Positions 1-11,343 of a stretch of DNA of 64,000 bases are shown here, in pieces. Origin of the DNA: Podarcis melisellensis (lineage: Eukaryota). The stretch lies in assembly GCA_964234715.1 (NCBI GenBank), contig OZ174288.1, one strand, 5' to 3'. Position numbers and translations under genes: made by a program. The notes under the pieces were generated by a model. That model was not told the origin of the DNA. It did not search any database and saw only the letters and a list, made by a program, of their open reading frames with translations. Within the stretch, counting starts at the first letter, position 1. Every line of letters begins with the position of its first letter.

Positions 1-1622
1 TAATAGCATTTAATTGAACAAGTGTTTTTTAAAAATAAAAATAGATGCATGATTGCAAAATTTAGAAAGTCATAGGCTACAGGGAATAATCATTCTAAAG
101 GCTAATTTTTCACCAATTGTGTGTGCAGACCACAATGAATTGATTTTTTTTTTAAAAAAATCATAACATGGCACTACTAACTGCAAAGTTTCCAACTCTT
201 AAAAATCCTTATTGGAGTCGTATTTCCCCTAACAGCTGATTCTACTGGATTCTGAGGTTTCATCTACTGACACCCACAGTTTTCAGTGATACTGAGCTGT
301 GGTCCTCCAGTATGGGCAAAAGTGAGGGATGGTGGGAGCTGGAGTCCACCAGGTAACCCACTTTCACTTATACCACCCTTTGAATTTAGTAAGCAATTTA
401 TTAATCCATATCTATGGACTGCAGCCCATCCCCAGGAATCAGTATGTACCCCTCCAACCAGAGCCCATTGCTTCATTCCACCAGGAAAGGGCAATATGAC
501 AACTTGTTAATGGCTTTCAGACCTCTGGGGAATCCTGAGAAGCTTATTAGAGTTCAATGAGAATCTATTTGACTGATTCATCTTCAGGTTCCCAAATCAT
601 CTTACAACAAATTACAACAGAACAAAATAAAACAAGAACATTACAACAAGATGATCATCAAACACAGACAAGATTAATCGAAAGACAGCCTGTCTACTAT
701 AACCTACCTTGCTCAGTCATTGTGTAGCCGCAGGTGAGTGATGGGTGCAATTCTGGAGCACCTATTTTCATTTGACTTGGCCAGCATTCTGCGCAAATTG
801 AGCGTGTACCTTAATATATGGTCTAGAATCTATGTCACGGTTTGTGGCAGGCAGGCAGGGTTCCTTAACAGACACACTGATGTGGAAAGTGTTCTCTCAA
901 GGCTTGAAAGCTTGACAGCCTCCAACAGAGATTATTATGGTTCATATTTTACACAGAGGAATGTGGAACTGTGATGCAGGCCATGCTACTGGCCTGCAAG
1001 AATGACCCCAGAGGCTTTCTTTTCACTCCTGTCTTCCCTAGTAATGCACAGATGCAGGAAAGTACTGCAAGGCCCAACAAGCCCGACCAGCAGCCCACAT
1101 GAATACTGCCCATGCTCTATAACAGTGTTATCCAACCTCGCACCCCCAGGTTATGTTGAACTCCAGCTCCCAAGAGCCAGCATGGTCAATGGTCAGGGAT
1201 GATGGGAGTTGTAGTCCAACGTGATCTGGGGAACACAGTCCTAGAATATGACCTCATAATCCTTTGGAGCGCCTCACTGTGAAAAATGCTGCTTGAATTA
1301 TAACATGTAAAAATCACAGGGCTCAAAAGATTTAAATGTGATTTAAACATGTCTGCATGTTGTCCCTGCTGAGGGGGAAAGCTCCTTTATTCTTACTGGG
1401 GAAAGGTGGTTGGTTTTTCAGATCTTTCTTGCATGCCACCAGGGGGCAGCCAACTTCTGTAGTCAGCAGAAAGAATGAAAGCTCTGAAAGTAGAAATGTA
1501 AAGGCCTTGGGGCGTCCTCCCACTCTGAGCTGGCTGCAAGTGCACCTGCCAGAATCTTGTGTCAGGATCTACCAAGTCCAGACCACACTCTCTGCTTGTG
1601 TACAATGGCCATTAGCAATGGG

Positions 1623-1692
1623 GTTCCCCCCTATCTAATTCCCTTAAAAGTCACAGTTCCCCCCTATCTAATTCCCCTTAAAAGTCACAGTT
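1623..1692. repeat. Tandem duplication, about 33-bp unit x2
   Basis: GTTCCCCCCTATCTAATTCCC(C)TTAAAAGTCACA occurs twice, about 25 nt into the intron after the 1718 donor. Confidence 0.9.
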
Positions 1693-1717
1693 GAACCCAA
1701 TTGCCCTCAATTCTTAC

Positions 1718-1926
1718 CAGCAATTTCCCAGGAGCCCTTGCAGGATGTCAGAGGGCCGAGGTGTCCGGAAAACAGACCACTTGACTGAACGGTCCTTGAA
1801 GATGCTGCAGTTGATTTCATGAGGCCTCAGCCACTGCTTCACTCGCTGCTGGACACTGTCCCCTTCGGGGAAGCCGACTGACTTGGGCCCTGGAGGGAAA
1901 CTGTCATCCACAAAGTTGACCTTGTT
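1718..1926 (-). CDS. CAPN15: Calpain-15 exon encoding the start of the CysPc catalytic domain, including the catalytic Cys
   Basis: [69 protein letters not shown](W). Acceptor ttttgtatctgcag|AAC at 1927/1926 is phase 0, matching the upstream donor. Donor TG|gtaag at 1718/1717. Length 209 nt; catalytic Cys codon at 1720-1722. Confidence 0.97.
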
Positions 1927-2051
1927 CTGCAGATACAAAATTTAAGAAGCCCAAGGGCATCCTTGTTACTGATATTCAGTTCCACATGAAAGCTGGGGCT
2001 GCTGCAGCAACTGTTGGACACATGCTGGCAGTCTTACTTTAGAGACACGCA

Positions 2052-2364
2052 GGTCCCACCTGCACCATAGACTCAGAGCAGTACTATACCACTTTAAACA
2101 GTCACAGCTTCCCCCAAAGAATTATGGGAACTGTAGTACAGGGTTGTTAGGAGATCCCCATTCCCCTCACAGCTACAATGCCCAGTTTCCTGAGAAGGAC
2201 TGACTGTCAAATCACTTTAGGAAATGAAGGTCTTTGAGTGGAAAAGGGGTCTCCTAACAACTCTTAGCACAGTAAAACTATAGTTCCCAGGATTCTTGGG
2301 GGGGGGAGTCATGACTGTTTAAAGTGGTACGATACTGCCTTAAATGTAAAGTGCAGATGGGAAT
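2052..2364. mobile_element. Long palindromic non-autonomous DNA transposon (foldback MITE)
   Basis: Arms TCCCACCTGCAC...CAGTACTATACCACTTTAAACAGTCA...GGGAACTGTAGT pair with ACTATAGTTCCC...TGACTGTTTAAAGTGGTACGATACTG...GTGCAGATGGGA. Confidence 0.8.
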
Positions 2365-2775
2365 TCAGTTCGTTCCAACTCTCTTTCCTGTGCATATGCT
2401 AGAACAAAAGGTGGCTAAACAACAGCTAAAGCTGCTCCCTATTCAACAAGCCCAGTACTGCTGAAGTCTGGCTCCCTCTAGGGTTACAGGTCAATGTCTT
2501 TCTCAGTTCCTGCTATCTGAGGACTAGCCTGCACATTGAGGCAGGCATACAGTGAGTCATACCTCTGCTCACTAAAGGGGATGAAACTGCCAACATCCTT
2601 TCCTTGATCAGCACCCATGGGGGCCTCAGCTGATGAAATACGAAGGTAAACAGGCAAGTGAGTTAAGCACCTGGGCATGCTCAGTAACAGGGCGAGTAGC
2701 CCAGTACAGTCAACCCCTTCTCCCCCTTAAATCTGTCAAAGCTCCACTTTACATGTAAGCAAAACCAAGGAACAA

Positions 2776-2955
2776 CTGCTATGAAGGCAGAATGCCCTGA
2801 GTATCAATTACTGGGGAGCAGCAGAGGGAGAGGGCTATCACCTTCATGCCCAGTTTGTGAACTTCCCACTGGCATCTGGTTGGCCACTGCGGGGAAGAGG
2901 AATCTGGAATAGAGGGGACATCGATCTGACCCAACGGCAGGGCTCTTCTTACGTT
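2776..2955 (+). mobile_element. CR1-type 3' UTR fragment
   Basis: GGCATCTGGTTGGCCACTG...GATCTGACCCAACGGCAGGGCTCTTCTTACGTT resembles the tail of the 51318 element in the opposite orientation. Confidence 0.6.
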
Positions 2956-4382
2956 AAACAGTGAGACTTAGACCTGGGGCAGTTCCAGGCAGGTGACTGA
3001 ATACTTGAATCCTCCAGTATAGCCCCGTTTTCATATTTTCAAGCTTAGCTCTGCAGTGATGCAGGCAAGACATTTTAGCTCAATATAACCCAGTTTTGTA
3101 CCAAGCAATGCAGGTAAGTGACTTGTGTACATTTGCTGTTATACAAAATATTCTGCTTTGCACAAGAATGGAGAAGGTGTCCTACAGAGCTATGAAATAT
3201 GGCTCGATTCCTGGGAAAGCCAAATTAGCAGCCTGTCTGGCTTCTTTGGTTTTACTAAGCATGGTTCATGCACTTGTCTCCAACAATAAGGGCTAGAAAC
3301 TTGATTTATTTATTAGAAGGTGTGGGGGTGGAGAATGAGATTCTTGGGATGCTGAGTTCTGCATTGCTTGTTCGGGTCACAGAATGCAAAAGTCCCTGAT
3401 CGTATCCCTATTCAGAAATAGTGATTGAAAAGAATGTCTCAGAGTCAGACAACCTGATCTGTTCCCCTTCAGCTGCTGTGAAGAGAACTGGAGATCAACA
3501 TCCATGATTCCTCGCTTTGCAGGCTTCCTGCAATACATTTCTTCCAGTTAGAGGAAAGGTCGTCATCCTACACACACTTATTTGGAAGGAAGTCATTTTG
3601 AATTCAGTGAGACTTGCCTTGAAATAAATGTGCAAAGGAGGACTGTACTGCACAGTTGGCTTCTCTCCCTTCCCCTCTGCGCTGCTGTGTCCAGGCAGCA
3701 GCCACTGAAGCTCCCTCAAGCTTCAAACCTCCCAGCAAATTTCTGCCCCAACAGCCTGTTCTCAGTGCTCGCTGTGCTACCATTGCCAAGGCATGCGCCG
3801 GGGTCAGATGCTCCCTTGAGGTCCCTGAATTACAATGTGATTAATGCTGAAGGTTCTCCCAAGAAGGAAGCAGAGATGAAGGGATGGCATTTCCCAAAGA
3901 AACATGGAAAGAACATTAGCAAGCTAGAGGAGAATTGAGACTAAGTCGGGGAGAAGTGTGGATCTATTGGGGGGGGGTGCGTGTCATGCAAATCCCTGGA
4001 AGCCAACAAACTCCTTTAGGGGACCAGCCATTGGGGCTTCTAGCACCAGAGTCTGGATACTGATGCTTCAAAAGAAATCTGTCCTCCACAGCAGAAGACA
4101 GGCAAACTCAGGACAAAGTACAGACTTGTCTACTGCCTCAGAGTGGGCTTTCTCATGTACATGTTTCCCACGGCACATGATTCTTGAACTCCTGGGTGCA
4201 TGCTACAGTGATAAGCTGCAAGCACAAGATGTGCCCTCTGAAGGGCTCATACTCATATCAGGCCTGAGGGCAGGTGGCTAAGACTGAGCTGAGAATCAGA
4301 AGCCTCCTGTTTGAACCTCACCTCTGCCATAAACTCGTTAGATGGCCTTTGGCAAAACATTCTCTTTCAGTCTCAAACCTGT

Positions 4383-4410
4383 CACACACACACACACACA
4401 CACACACACA
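4383..4410. repeat. (CA)n microsatellite
   Basis: CA dinucleotide run. Confidence 0.95.
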
Positions 4411-6342
4411 GCCCCAATCTGCAATATAAGGACAGCACCACAGACTTACCTGATAGAGCTGTTGTAAGGAAAGAGCTTGGAGTAAATGGCTTTGAAATTT
4501 TCTAGACAGAGTTTTCAGTTGCAGTAGCTTGTGTATGAAAACACTCTTCCGAAAGAAGCTTATCTGGCATCCATTGTTTTGTCTATCTGGTACCACCCCA
4601 ATACATTTTTATTTTCCCAGGTCTATGTGAAATAGCTTTATCTGCTATGCTTTTTTTAAAAAAAAATCATGCTGATATTCTCCATGCTGTTTTTTCCTTT
4701 TGTGTTTAAATAAATATATATAGAGAGACTGTATTTTAGCACTGCTGCTTGCAAGGAAGCAAGCAAGTGCACAGGAGCTGTGCCACAACTACCCTCACCC
4801 CAATAATACACAAAATTGGAACAAATCCCTCAAGCCACTTCAGCACGTGAAGATCTGTTCTTCTCAGCACTTACAAAGACCTTCCTCTTCCAACAAGTCT
4901 TTGAAGTAGGTATCTTTCGCAGCCTGCATCTGTACTGGAATTGTTCTTAGATGTTTTAATTACTGTATTGGTTGTATGTTTGCTGCCCTGAGCTCCTTCG
5001 GGAGGAAGGGTGGAATAGAAATTTAATTAAATAAATTAATAAAATCTGGGGGAAGAGAGAGAATAGATTTTGTGCTTCAGCAAGAATTGGGAGCTGGGGT
5101 GTGGGTGGGTGTGCGTGTCTGGGTTTGAGGGAATGCAATGAGGGAATATGAGAGGGGGGGGGAGAAGGCCTCCTCTATTCCTTGGCTGGAAATTTGGATG
5201 CCCTGCATGAAGGCCACCTGCTGTGCCTGTGCATTGCTCCCTCAGAAGTCTAACACGATTAAATTTCATTTCAGGCACCCGCTTGATGTGGCTTCAATCA
5301 CCACAGGCCGCTCAGAAATAAAACAGCACTTGATCATTAAAGCCACCGCACAATTAGTTATTAATGAGCGTGGCGAGTGGCCTTTTCCTGAGGCTGCCAA
5401 GCGGACCCAGAGGACACCTGTTCTTGCTAATTATACAGGGTGAAATCCCAAAGTTCTTCCTTGGGCTGAGCACCCTTTCACTGCATTCTTTAAAAGAGCA
5501 CCTCAGGGGTTGGGTCTTTGAGTGGACTGACTCAGGGCAGAAGGAGGGATATTCCTGGTATGAACATGGATCAGTTGCTAGATAGAACTTAAACCCAATT
5601 CTCCTAAAGTGCTTTGGTATTGCTGCTTATTTCAGGGCCAGAACATCACAAAGATGACTGATCATTGAAAGCCTGCGTGCCTGTTAATGAGAGTGTCTCA
5701 CTAGGGGCCCAGGTTCAAATCCCCACTCAGAATGGAGCCCATGATATGACCTTGATGCCGCTTTTGAGTTCCTTGGAGGAAAATGCAGAATATCAATGCA
5801 ATAAATAAATAGCTCATAAGTAGGAGCAAGGAGACAAAGAACTTCATGTGCTTCCTTTCCTCCTCCATCCAAGAGAGATTAAAAGCATGAGAAGATTTGT
5901 TAAAGACAACAAATGCAGTCTGTAAATATGAAACGTGCAACTGAAAGCTAAATAACAATAACAGATACTAATAAAAAACAATGAGTGTTAGTTGATGGAG
6001 CTCAAGTATTAAAAAATGGCAAATGCAGTAGGTAGTAAGCAAGACCAGACAGGGCTGCTACACCAACTCTCAAAGCATCTTCAAACACTCTCCTTGGTCT
6101 ACCAGAAAACACGAAAATATGGAAAACATGGAGATCACACACTGAAAAGTCAAGAGTTTCGCCCAGTCCTCCTCTGCACCAACTTCTAAGATTTCAAAGA
6201 GCACTGCCTATGTCTTTTCCTGCCTATCTACTGAGCAACCAGGTCTGGAAACTTACTTTGTATAAATAAAAAGGACTTCTCTTTTGGATAAAAACTTTTG
6301 CATGGTGTAATGACAGGCAAGAGGACACTAAGAGAAACTCAC

Positions 6343-7782
6343 CTCTTGACAGAAGGAGACAATGTTTTCCCAGAGGGCTTTGGCCTCCCCTTCATCTGTC
6401 TGCCGCCGCTTCTCCACATGCATACTCTCCCGGCGCCTGAGTGGCTTGGCGCCCTTGCGCTGCAACAGGTACCCCTGGGGAGTGTGGCAGGCGACACAGT
6501 GCTTGGCCTTGAACTCATTGAGCAGCGTGCAAGCCGGGCAAGGCCACTGGCTGGGCCTTTCTGGGGTGACAGGTGGCTGCGAGGGGAAGAGGCGGGCCAC
6601 TTTGCGGGCCGAGGGGGCCTTAGAGCTGCAGGATGGGCAGCTGCCTTTGTCTGAGCCACACTCAGGGCATTTGAGAGCCAACTCTCCCTGTGCGCCGTGT
6701 TCCTGGAAGCCATGCAGCTTGGAGGAGCCGCAGGCCTTGCACTTCTGAGAGGCTGTGGGGTTCTTCAACGTGCACTTAGAACAGGACCAGGTGGTGAAGT
6801 CGGGGCTGGATGGACCGCAGGGAGTGAAGCGCACAGAATCGCCAGTCAAGTCAATGGTGTCACTTCCCTTCTGGGAGCTACAGGCCTCGCAGGCGCCAGC
6901 TCCCGAGGTGTTGAGGAGGGAGCAGGTGCTGCACTTCCAGGGCGATGGGCTCACCTCCATTTCTTCTTCCAGCACGCTCAGCCGCTTTGTCGCCATCAGC
7001 TCCTGGAAGCGAATGGCCTTCTGCACAGGTGCTGGTGGGGAGGCCGGCTGGGAGGTCTCAGGCACCGGTGGCTGCAGCTGGGGGGGCACCTCTCGGCGGC
7101 TGCGGGGAACGGGGTTGTTTTGGAGGCCGGGGGAGAAAAGGCTAAAGCTTGGCATCTTCTGGCTCTCTTGCTCAATGGTGGCTGCACCTGGGTTGGCAAT
7201 GGGATGGCTCTCGGGGTTGTCCGTAGCAACGCTGGGCTGAGGGGTGGTGGGTGCTATGTGGAAACCGGCAGGAGCAATGACTTCAGGGACGACCAGCGCC
7301 TCTGGGGGAATCTTGGGCAGAGAGAGCTTGCGGGGGCCTCCACAGGCCGAGCACGAGTTGGCCATTGGGGTGTTGTGAAGAGTGCAGCGCTGGCAGGCCC
7401 AGCCATCCTCCAGCCCCACTTCCTCCGGGCTCTTCTCCCCAGAGTCCTCAGCAGGGCTCTCGGCCTTGGGAAGTTCCTCCTTGCAGGTGCCCTTGGGCTC
7501 CACCAAGGTGGTGGGCTTTGGCAGGACTCCGTTGATGATGGGTAGCGGGGAGCCCCCGGGCCCAGGCTCAGGGGTGAAGCCACACACCTCGCAGGCCTCT
7601 TTGCCCAAGAAGTTCCGGAAGGTGCAGCGGGCGCAGGCCCATTTCTGCTCTTCTACACTGAGGCGCAGGATTTGGTTGAGGTCGGGCTTCTGGCGTGGGG
7701 CCTCGCAGATGGAGCATTGGCGCTGTCCTACGGGGTTCAGGAACGTGCAGCGGGTGCAGGACCATTCCCGCACAGCGGCCAT
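6343..7782 (-). CDS. CAPN15: Calpain-15 (SOLH) main N-terminal coding exon: RanBP2-type zinc-finger region, 480 codons
   Basis: Translation MAAVREWSCTRCTFLNPVGQRQCSICEAPRQKPDLNQILRLSVEEQKWACARCTFRN...RRRESMHVEKRRQTDEGEAKALWENIVSFCQE matches vertebrate calpain-15. Acceptor ttgcctttctttcttgtctgttgcag| gives an exon start at 7804, 22 nt before the ATG at 7782. Donor GAG|gtgagt at 6343/6342 is phase 0. GC/CpG-rich relative to the introns. Confidence 0.97.
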
Positions 7783-9604
7783 AGAACCAGAAGAGTGGGT
7801 GTGGCTGCAACAGACAAGAAAGAAAGGCAACCATTACTTGACATCGTAAGACGGGAGCAGAGGGAAGTGTGCTTCCTGCTACTTACAGCATGGGGTCACC
7901 CACAGCGCGCCCATGGGGGCAAGGGTGCCCCTGAGTTCTTCTCCTAATGCCACCAATATCTCTGAAACCGCCCCTCCCCACAACAGCCCCTTGGATCATG
8001 AGGTGGGGAAGGATACTTATGGTCTTCCCTTGGAAAAAATACCAGCACTTTCTCACTTCCTCTTTCAGTTCTATGTACTTTCTAAGGCTCTGATTAATTG
8101 TACTGAAGCGTCCAGAGGGGGTGGCGATCACAGCATTCATCCCAAAATCCACATATGCCCACAGCCCTAGGAAAGTCGGCAACTCCCAACTTATAGAATG
8201 GGATCCAGACTAGATGTTCCTTTCATATCAGGTGGCCTTCTGCATGCAAAGCATGTACTCTAACGCCAGGCCCTTGTTTCAGGGCAATTCCTGCACAGCT
8301 CTTTGCACTCATGGAACACACAGGAGCTTGCCAGGTCAAGGAGGGACAAACTGGAAGCATCTGCCCTTCCTTGCCCTGCAAAGAAGCAGTAAACACAATC
8401 TCCCTTACACAAATTGCAAAATCTGCCCTGGTTAAGTCTGTACTTCTGCCTTGCCAATTCAGGGGACAAAGCAAGAGAAACCAACTACACTTTCAAGTTA
8501 TCAGCTGCTCAGCTTACATGGTAAGCAGGCTGCTACCTTACCCAACAGTAGCAGTTTTTCTTGTATGCTAACTTTTACCAGTGATGCACTTCTAGGGGCA
8601 TACTTGTAATGGGCAAGTAAACAAGTGCTGCCCTGCTTTGTTTTACCCCCATTCTGAGAAGGAAATAGGGTAGCTACAGTTGAAGAGTACTTAAAATGCC
8701 TAGCAGCCAGCATCAAATTGTTAAAAGCCAGCCCAGCAGAAATCTGAGCACACACCAGAGCATCAAAGTACAAATTTATAAATATCTGGGCTTGTTGGAT
8801 CCCAAATTCAATAATACTTCACATTTTCTTGCTAAAAAGAAGAGGGGAAGTTGCCTTGGGCAGACTATCCATTGCAAACTATTTATATCCAAGACAAGGG
8901 CTTGGATAGTGAAAGAGTTAATCCTTGGCTCAGAACTGTCCACTCACTTTACTGTTTCTTTTGGAAAAGGGTGTAGTTCAGGGGTAGAGCACTTGTTCTG
9001 CATGTTGAAAGAAGTTTCCAGGTTCAATTCCCAGTATTTCCTGGAGGAAGTGGGAATGATCTTCATCTGAAAACCTGAAGAGTCTCTGCCAGTCAACATA
9101 ACGTAGACAATGCTAAATCGAACCAGCTGTCTCACTAGAAGGCAGCTTTCAACATTTCTATATACCACCAAGAAAATCTGCACTTATATTTGCACAGTAT
9201 GTCTCTAGAAATCAGTTTATGGGGATCAAAAAGTGACAATTGGCCCCTTAAGACGAGCCACTTGGCCATTAATTTGCCAACCCCCTTCCCTCTATGGAAA
9301 CAGCTGAAGGAGGCAAGAGGGCACAGGAAAGAGTATCTTTTTCTTCCTTGATTCTATCTCCTTGCCTCCACCTCCCCCCTCCCCTTAAGGGCTCTCGGCC
9401 AGCAAAAGTAATCATAGAATGACATTTCATAGGTTTTTAGCCCCGCTTCTTCAGCGTGAGCATTAGCAGAGGGGTGATTTTGGGGAGCAGCTCTCTAGGG
9501 TTTCAAGGCCTGAGTCTTTCCCAGCCTACCAGGTGATGCTAGGAATCAACACTGGGTGCTTCTGTATACTGAGGAAGGTCTATGACTGGGGAAGGTCTAT
9601 GACT

Positions 9605-9935
9605 CTGTAGGTCCCAGGTTCGATACCCTGTATCTCCAAATAGGACTGGAGAAAGTCCCTGTCTGAAATCCTGGAGACCTGCTGTCAGTCAGCCTAAACC
9701 ACTGGTCAGGACTCCCTAATGGGTTCACGACCTGATCCAAGGAGGGCCACAAACTACAAATGCATGTTTGAATTAAAAGTGGGTCCTGGGTCTGAAAAGG
9801 TAGAAGATACCCGACTTAGACAATACAGAGCTAGATGAGTCAGTGGTCTGACTTGGTATAAGGCAGGGGGTTGAACTCGATGGCCCTTGTGGTCTCTTCA
9901 AACTCTATGATTCTATGAAGGCAGGTTCCTATGTT
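9605..9935 (+). mobile_element. SINE with two nested insertions (hAT-like MITE 9700-9813; CR1 tail 9868-9917)
   Basis: The SINE body is interrupted twice. The CR1 tail is flanked by an AAGGCAGG duplication at 9860-9867 and 9918-9925. Confidence 0.72.
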
Positions 9936-11159
9936 CTTGTGAGAAAGCCACAAGATGCTGCAAGATGCATAAGGTCGCCTTGAACTTAAAACTTCAGTGC
10001 TTTGTCAAACTAACAGCCTCAGCAGTGGAAATTGTGTTCCCAGAACAACAGTCAGTGATCTGTTTGGAGGGGGCGGCGGTGAAGGGGTGAACCAGTTGTG
10101 CGCTTGGCATCAGGTTATGCAGTCTCCCACTCTTCCATTCATTTCATCCTTCTTGTTGTCATTGCCCTTCTCCTCACTCTGCTGCTTCCACAGGACTCCT
10201 CTCCCTCCCCTCTTGTCTCCAGCTGGCCAATTATTTTTCAAGCCCTGGGTTGCTGCTGTCCTAGTTACAAGGACATCGCTGCCTGCCATGCGCACCCTGC
10301 CTGATGTCTGACTAGCAGCAAGGAAGGAATGGCAAGGGGAAGTCCTGAGATGCACACTCCACTCTGCCTTGGTTATGCTAGGACACAGTCTCAGTTTGCT
10401 TTCCTCCATCAGGGCCTAAGCCGAAGTGTGGCTAAAACATCCAGCTAACTGCAGAAGACTCAAGGACCATCAGATGAGCCCACTGAATCAGCCTCTCTCA
10501 ACTTGATCCATTGCTTTGGCCGGGTTCACATGGACAGCAGCAAAACAGGATCCCCTGCTTCTCTAGAGTTATTTCTGCTTGATGTCAATCATAGCTGGCA
10601 GGGTACAGCAGGCATCAAATGCTCCTGGGATTCAAATCTAACATTTTAGGTCAACCTTCCCCAATCCGGGGCCCTTCCACCAGTCTCAACCAGTAAGGCT
10701 GAGGAAGTCTGTTTTACACCATTACAAACAGAAGTATTGGTGGCAGCTTGGGGTGTGTGTGTGTGTGTCCCTCCAAGGGTCAGTGCTTTGGACAAGGCCA
10801 GGAGTTATGACCCAAACAAGCTGCCCTTCCTTAATTTTGCAAAAGTCCAGATTCTAATTCTGGCTTGCATCCAAGATTAGTCATACTCAGAGTAAAGCCA
10901 TTGAAATTAACGGGCATGCCGAACTTGTGCCCCTGTCTTTCCCGTATTAAATTCATTAACGGTTAGCTAAAATATTAGAGTGAGAAGGCCATACAGAGTG
11001 CTAGTGGTAGCAATGCGGCTAAGGGACTGAGCTATAAATCAAGAAGTCCCTGGTTTGAATCCTGCCTATGTCATACGACTCACTGGGTGGCCTGAGGCAA
11101 GCCATTCTCAAGCCTCTCCTTCCATCTGCAATGCAGGGAATCATGGACTTACCTTACAG

Positions 11160-11343
11160 CAGTGGTTCTTAACCTTTTTGTGCCAAAGACCCCTTCAAGA
11201 ATCTGATTAAAGCTATGAAATCCCCCCCTGCCCCATCCGCAAAGCCAATTGTCAAAGTAACAGGAAGAAAATAGTATTTGTGAACTCGGGGGGGGGGGGG
11301 GGAATCTTCTAAGTGAACGTGGACCTAAAGTTAAGAACCCCTG
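11160..11343. mobile_element. hAT-type MITE inserted into an older tRNA-derived SINE (about 11005-11430)
   Basis: TIRs CAGTGGTTCTTAAC / GTTAAGAACCCCTG. The flanks form a SINE with a B-box-like GGTTTGAATCC and a MIR-like core. Confidence 0.7.

Noticed and set aside
1-1717. Next CAPN15 exon (expected to continue (W)FLSALAVLAE...)
   Set aside because: No matching frame found; it must lie left of the window.
7783-7830. ORF-track start MPFFLVCCS at 7830
   Set aside because: It begins at a non-ATG codon inside the polypyrimidine tract; the exon starts at 7804.
6298-7947. Long plus-strand and alternate-frame ORFs (for example 6697..7545, 282 aa; 6755..7240; 7382..7849)
   Set aside because: Shadows of the GC-rich CAPN15 exon; no recognisable domain or independent gene signals.
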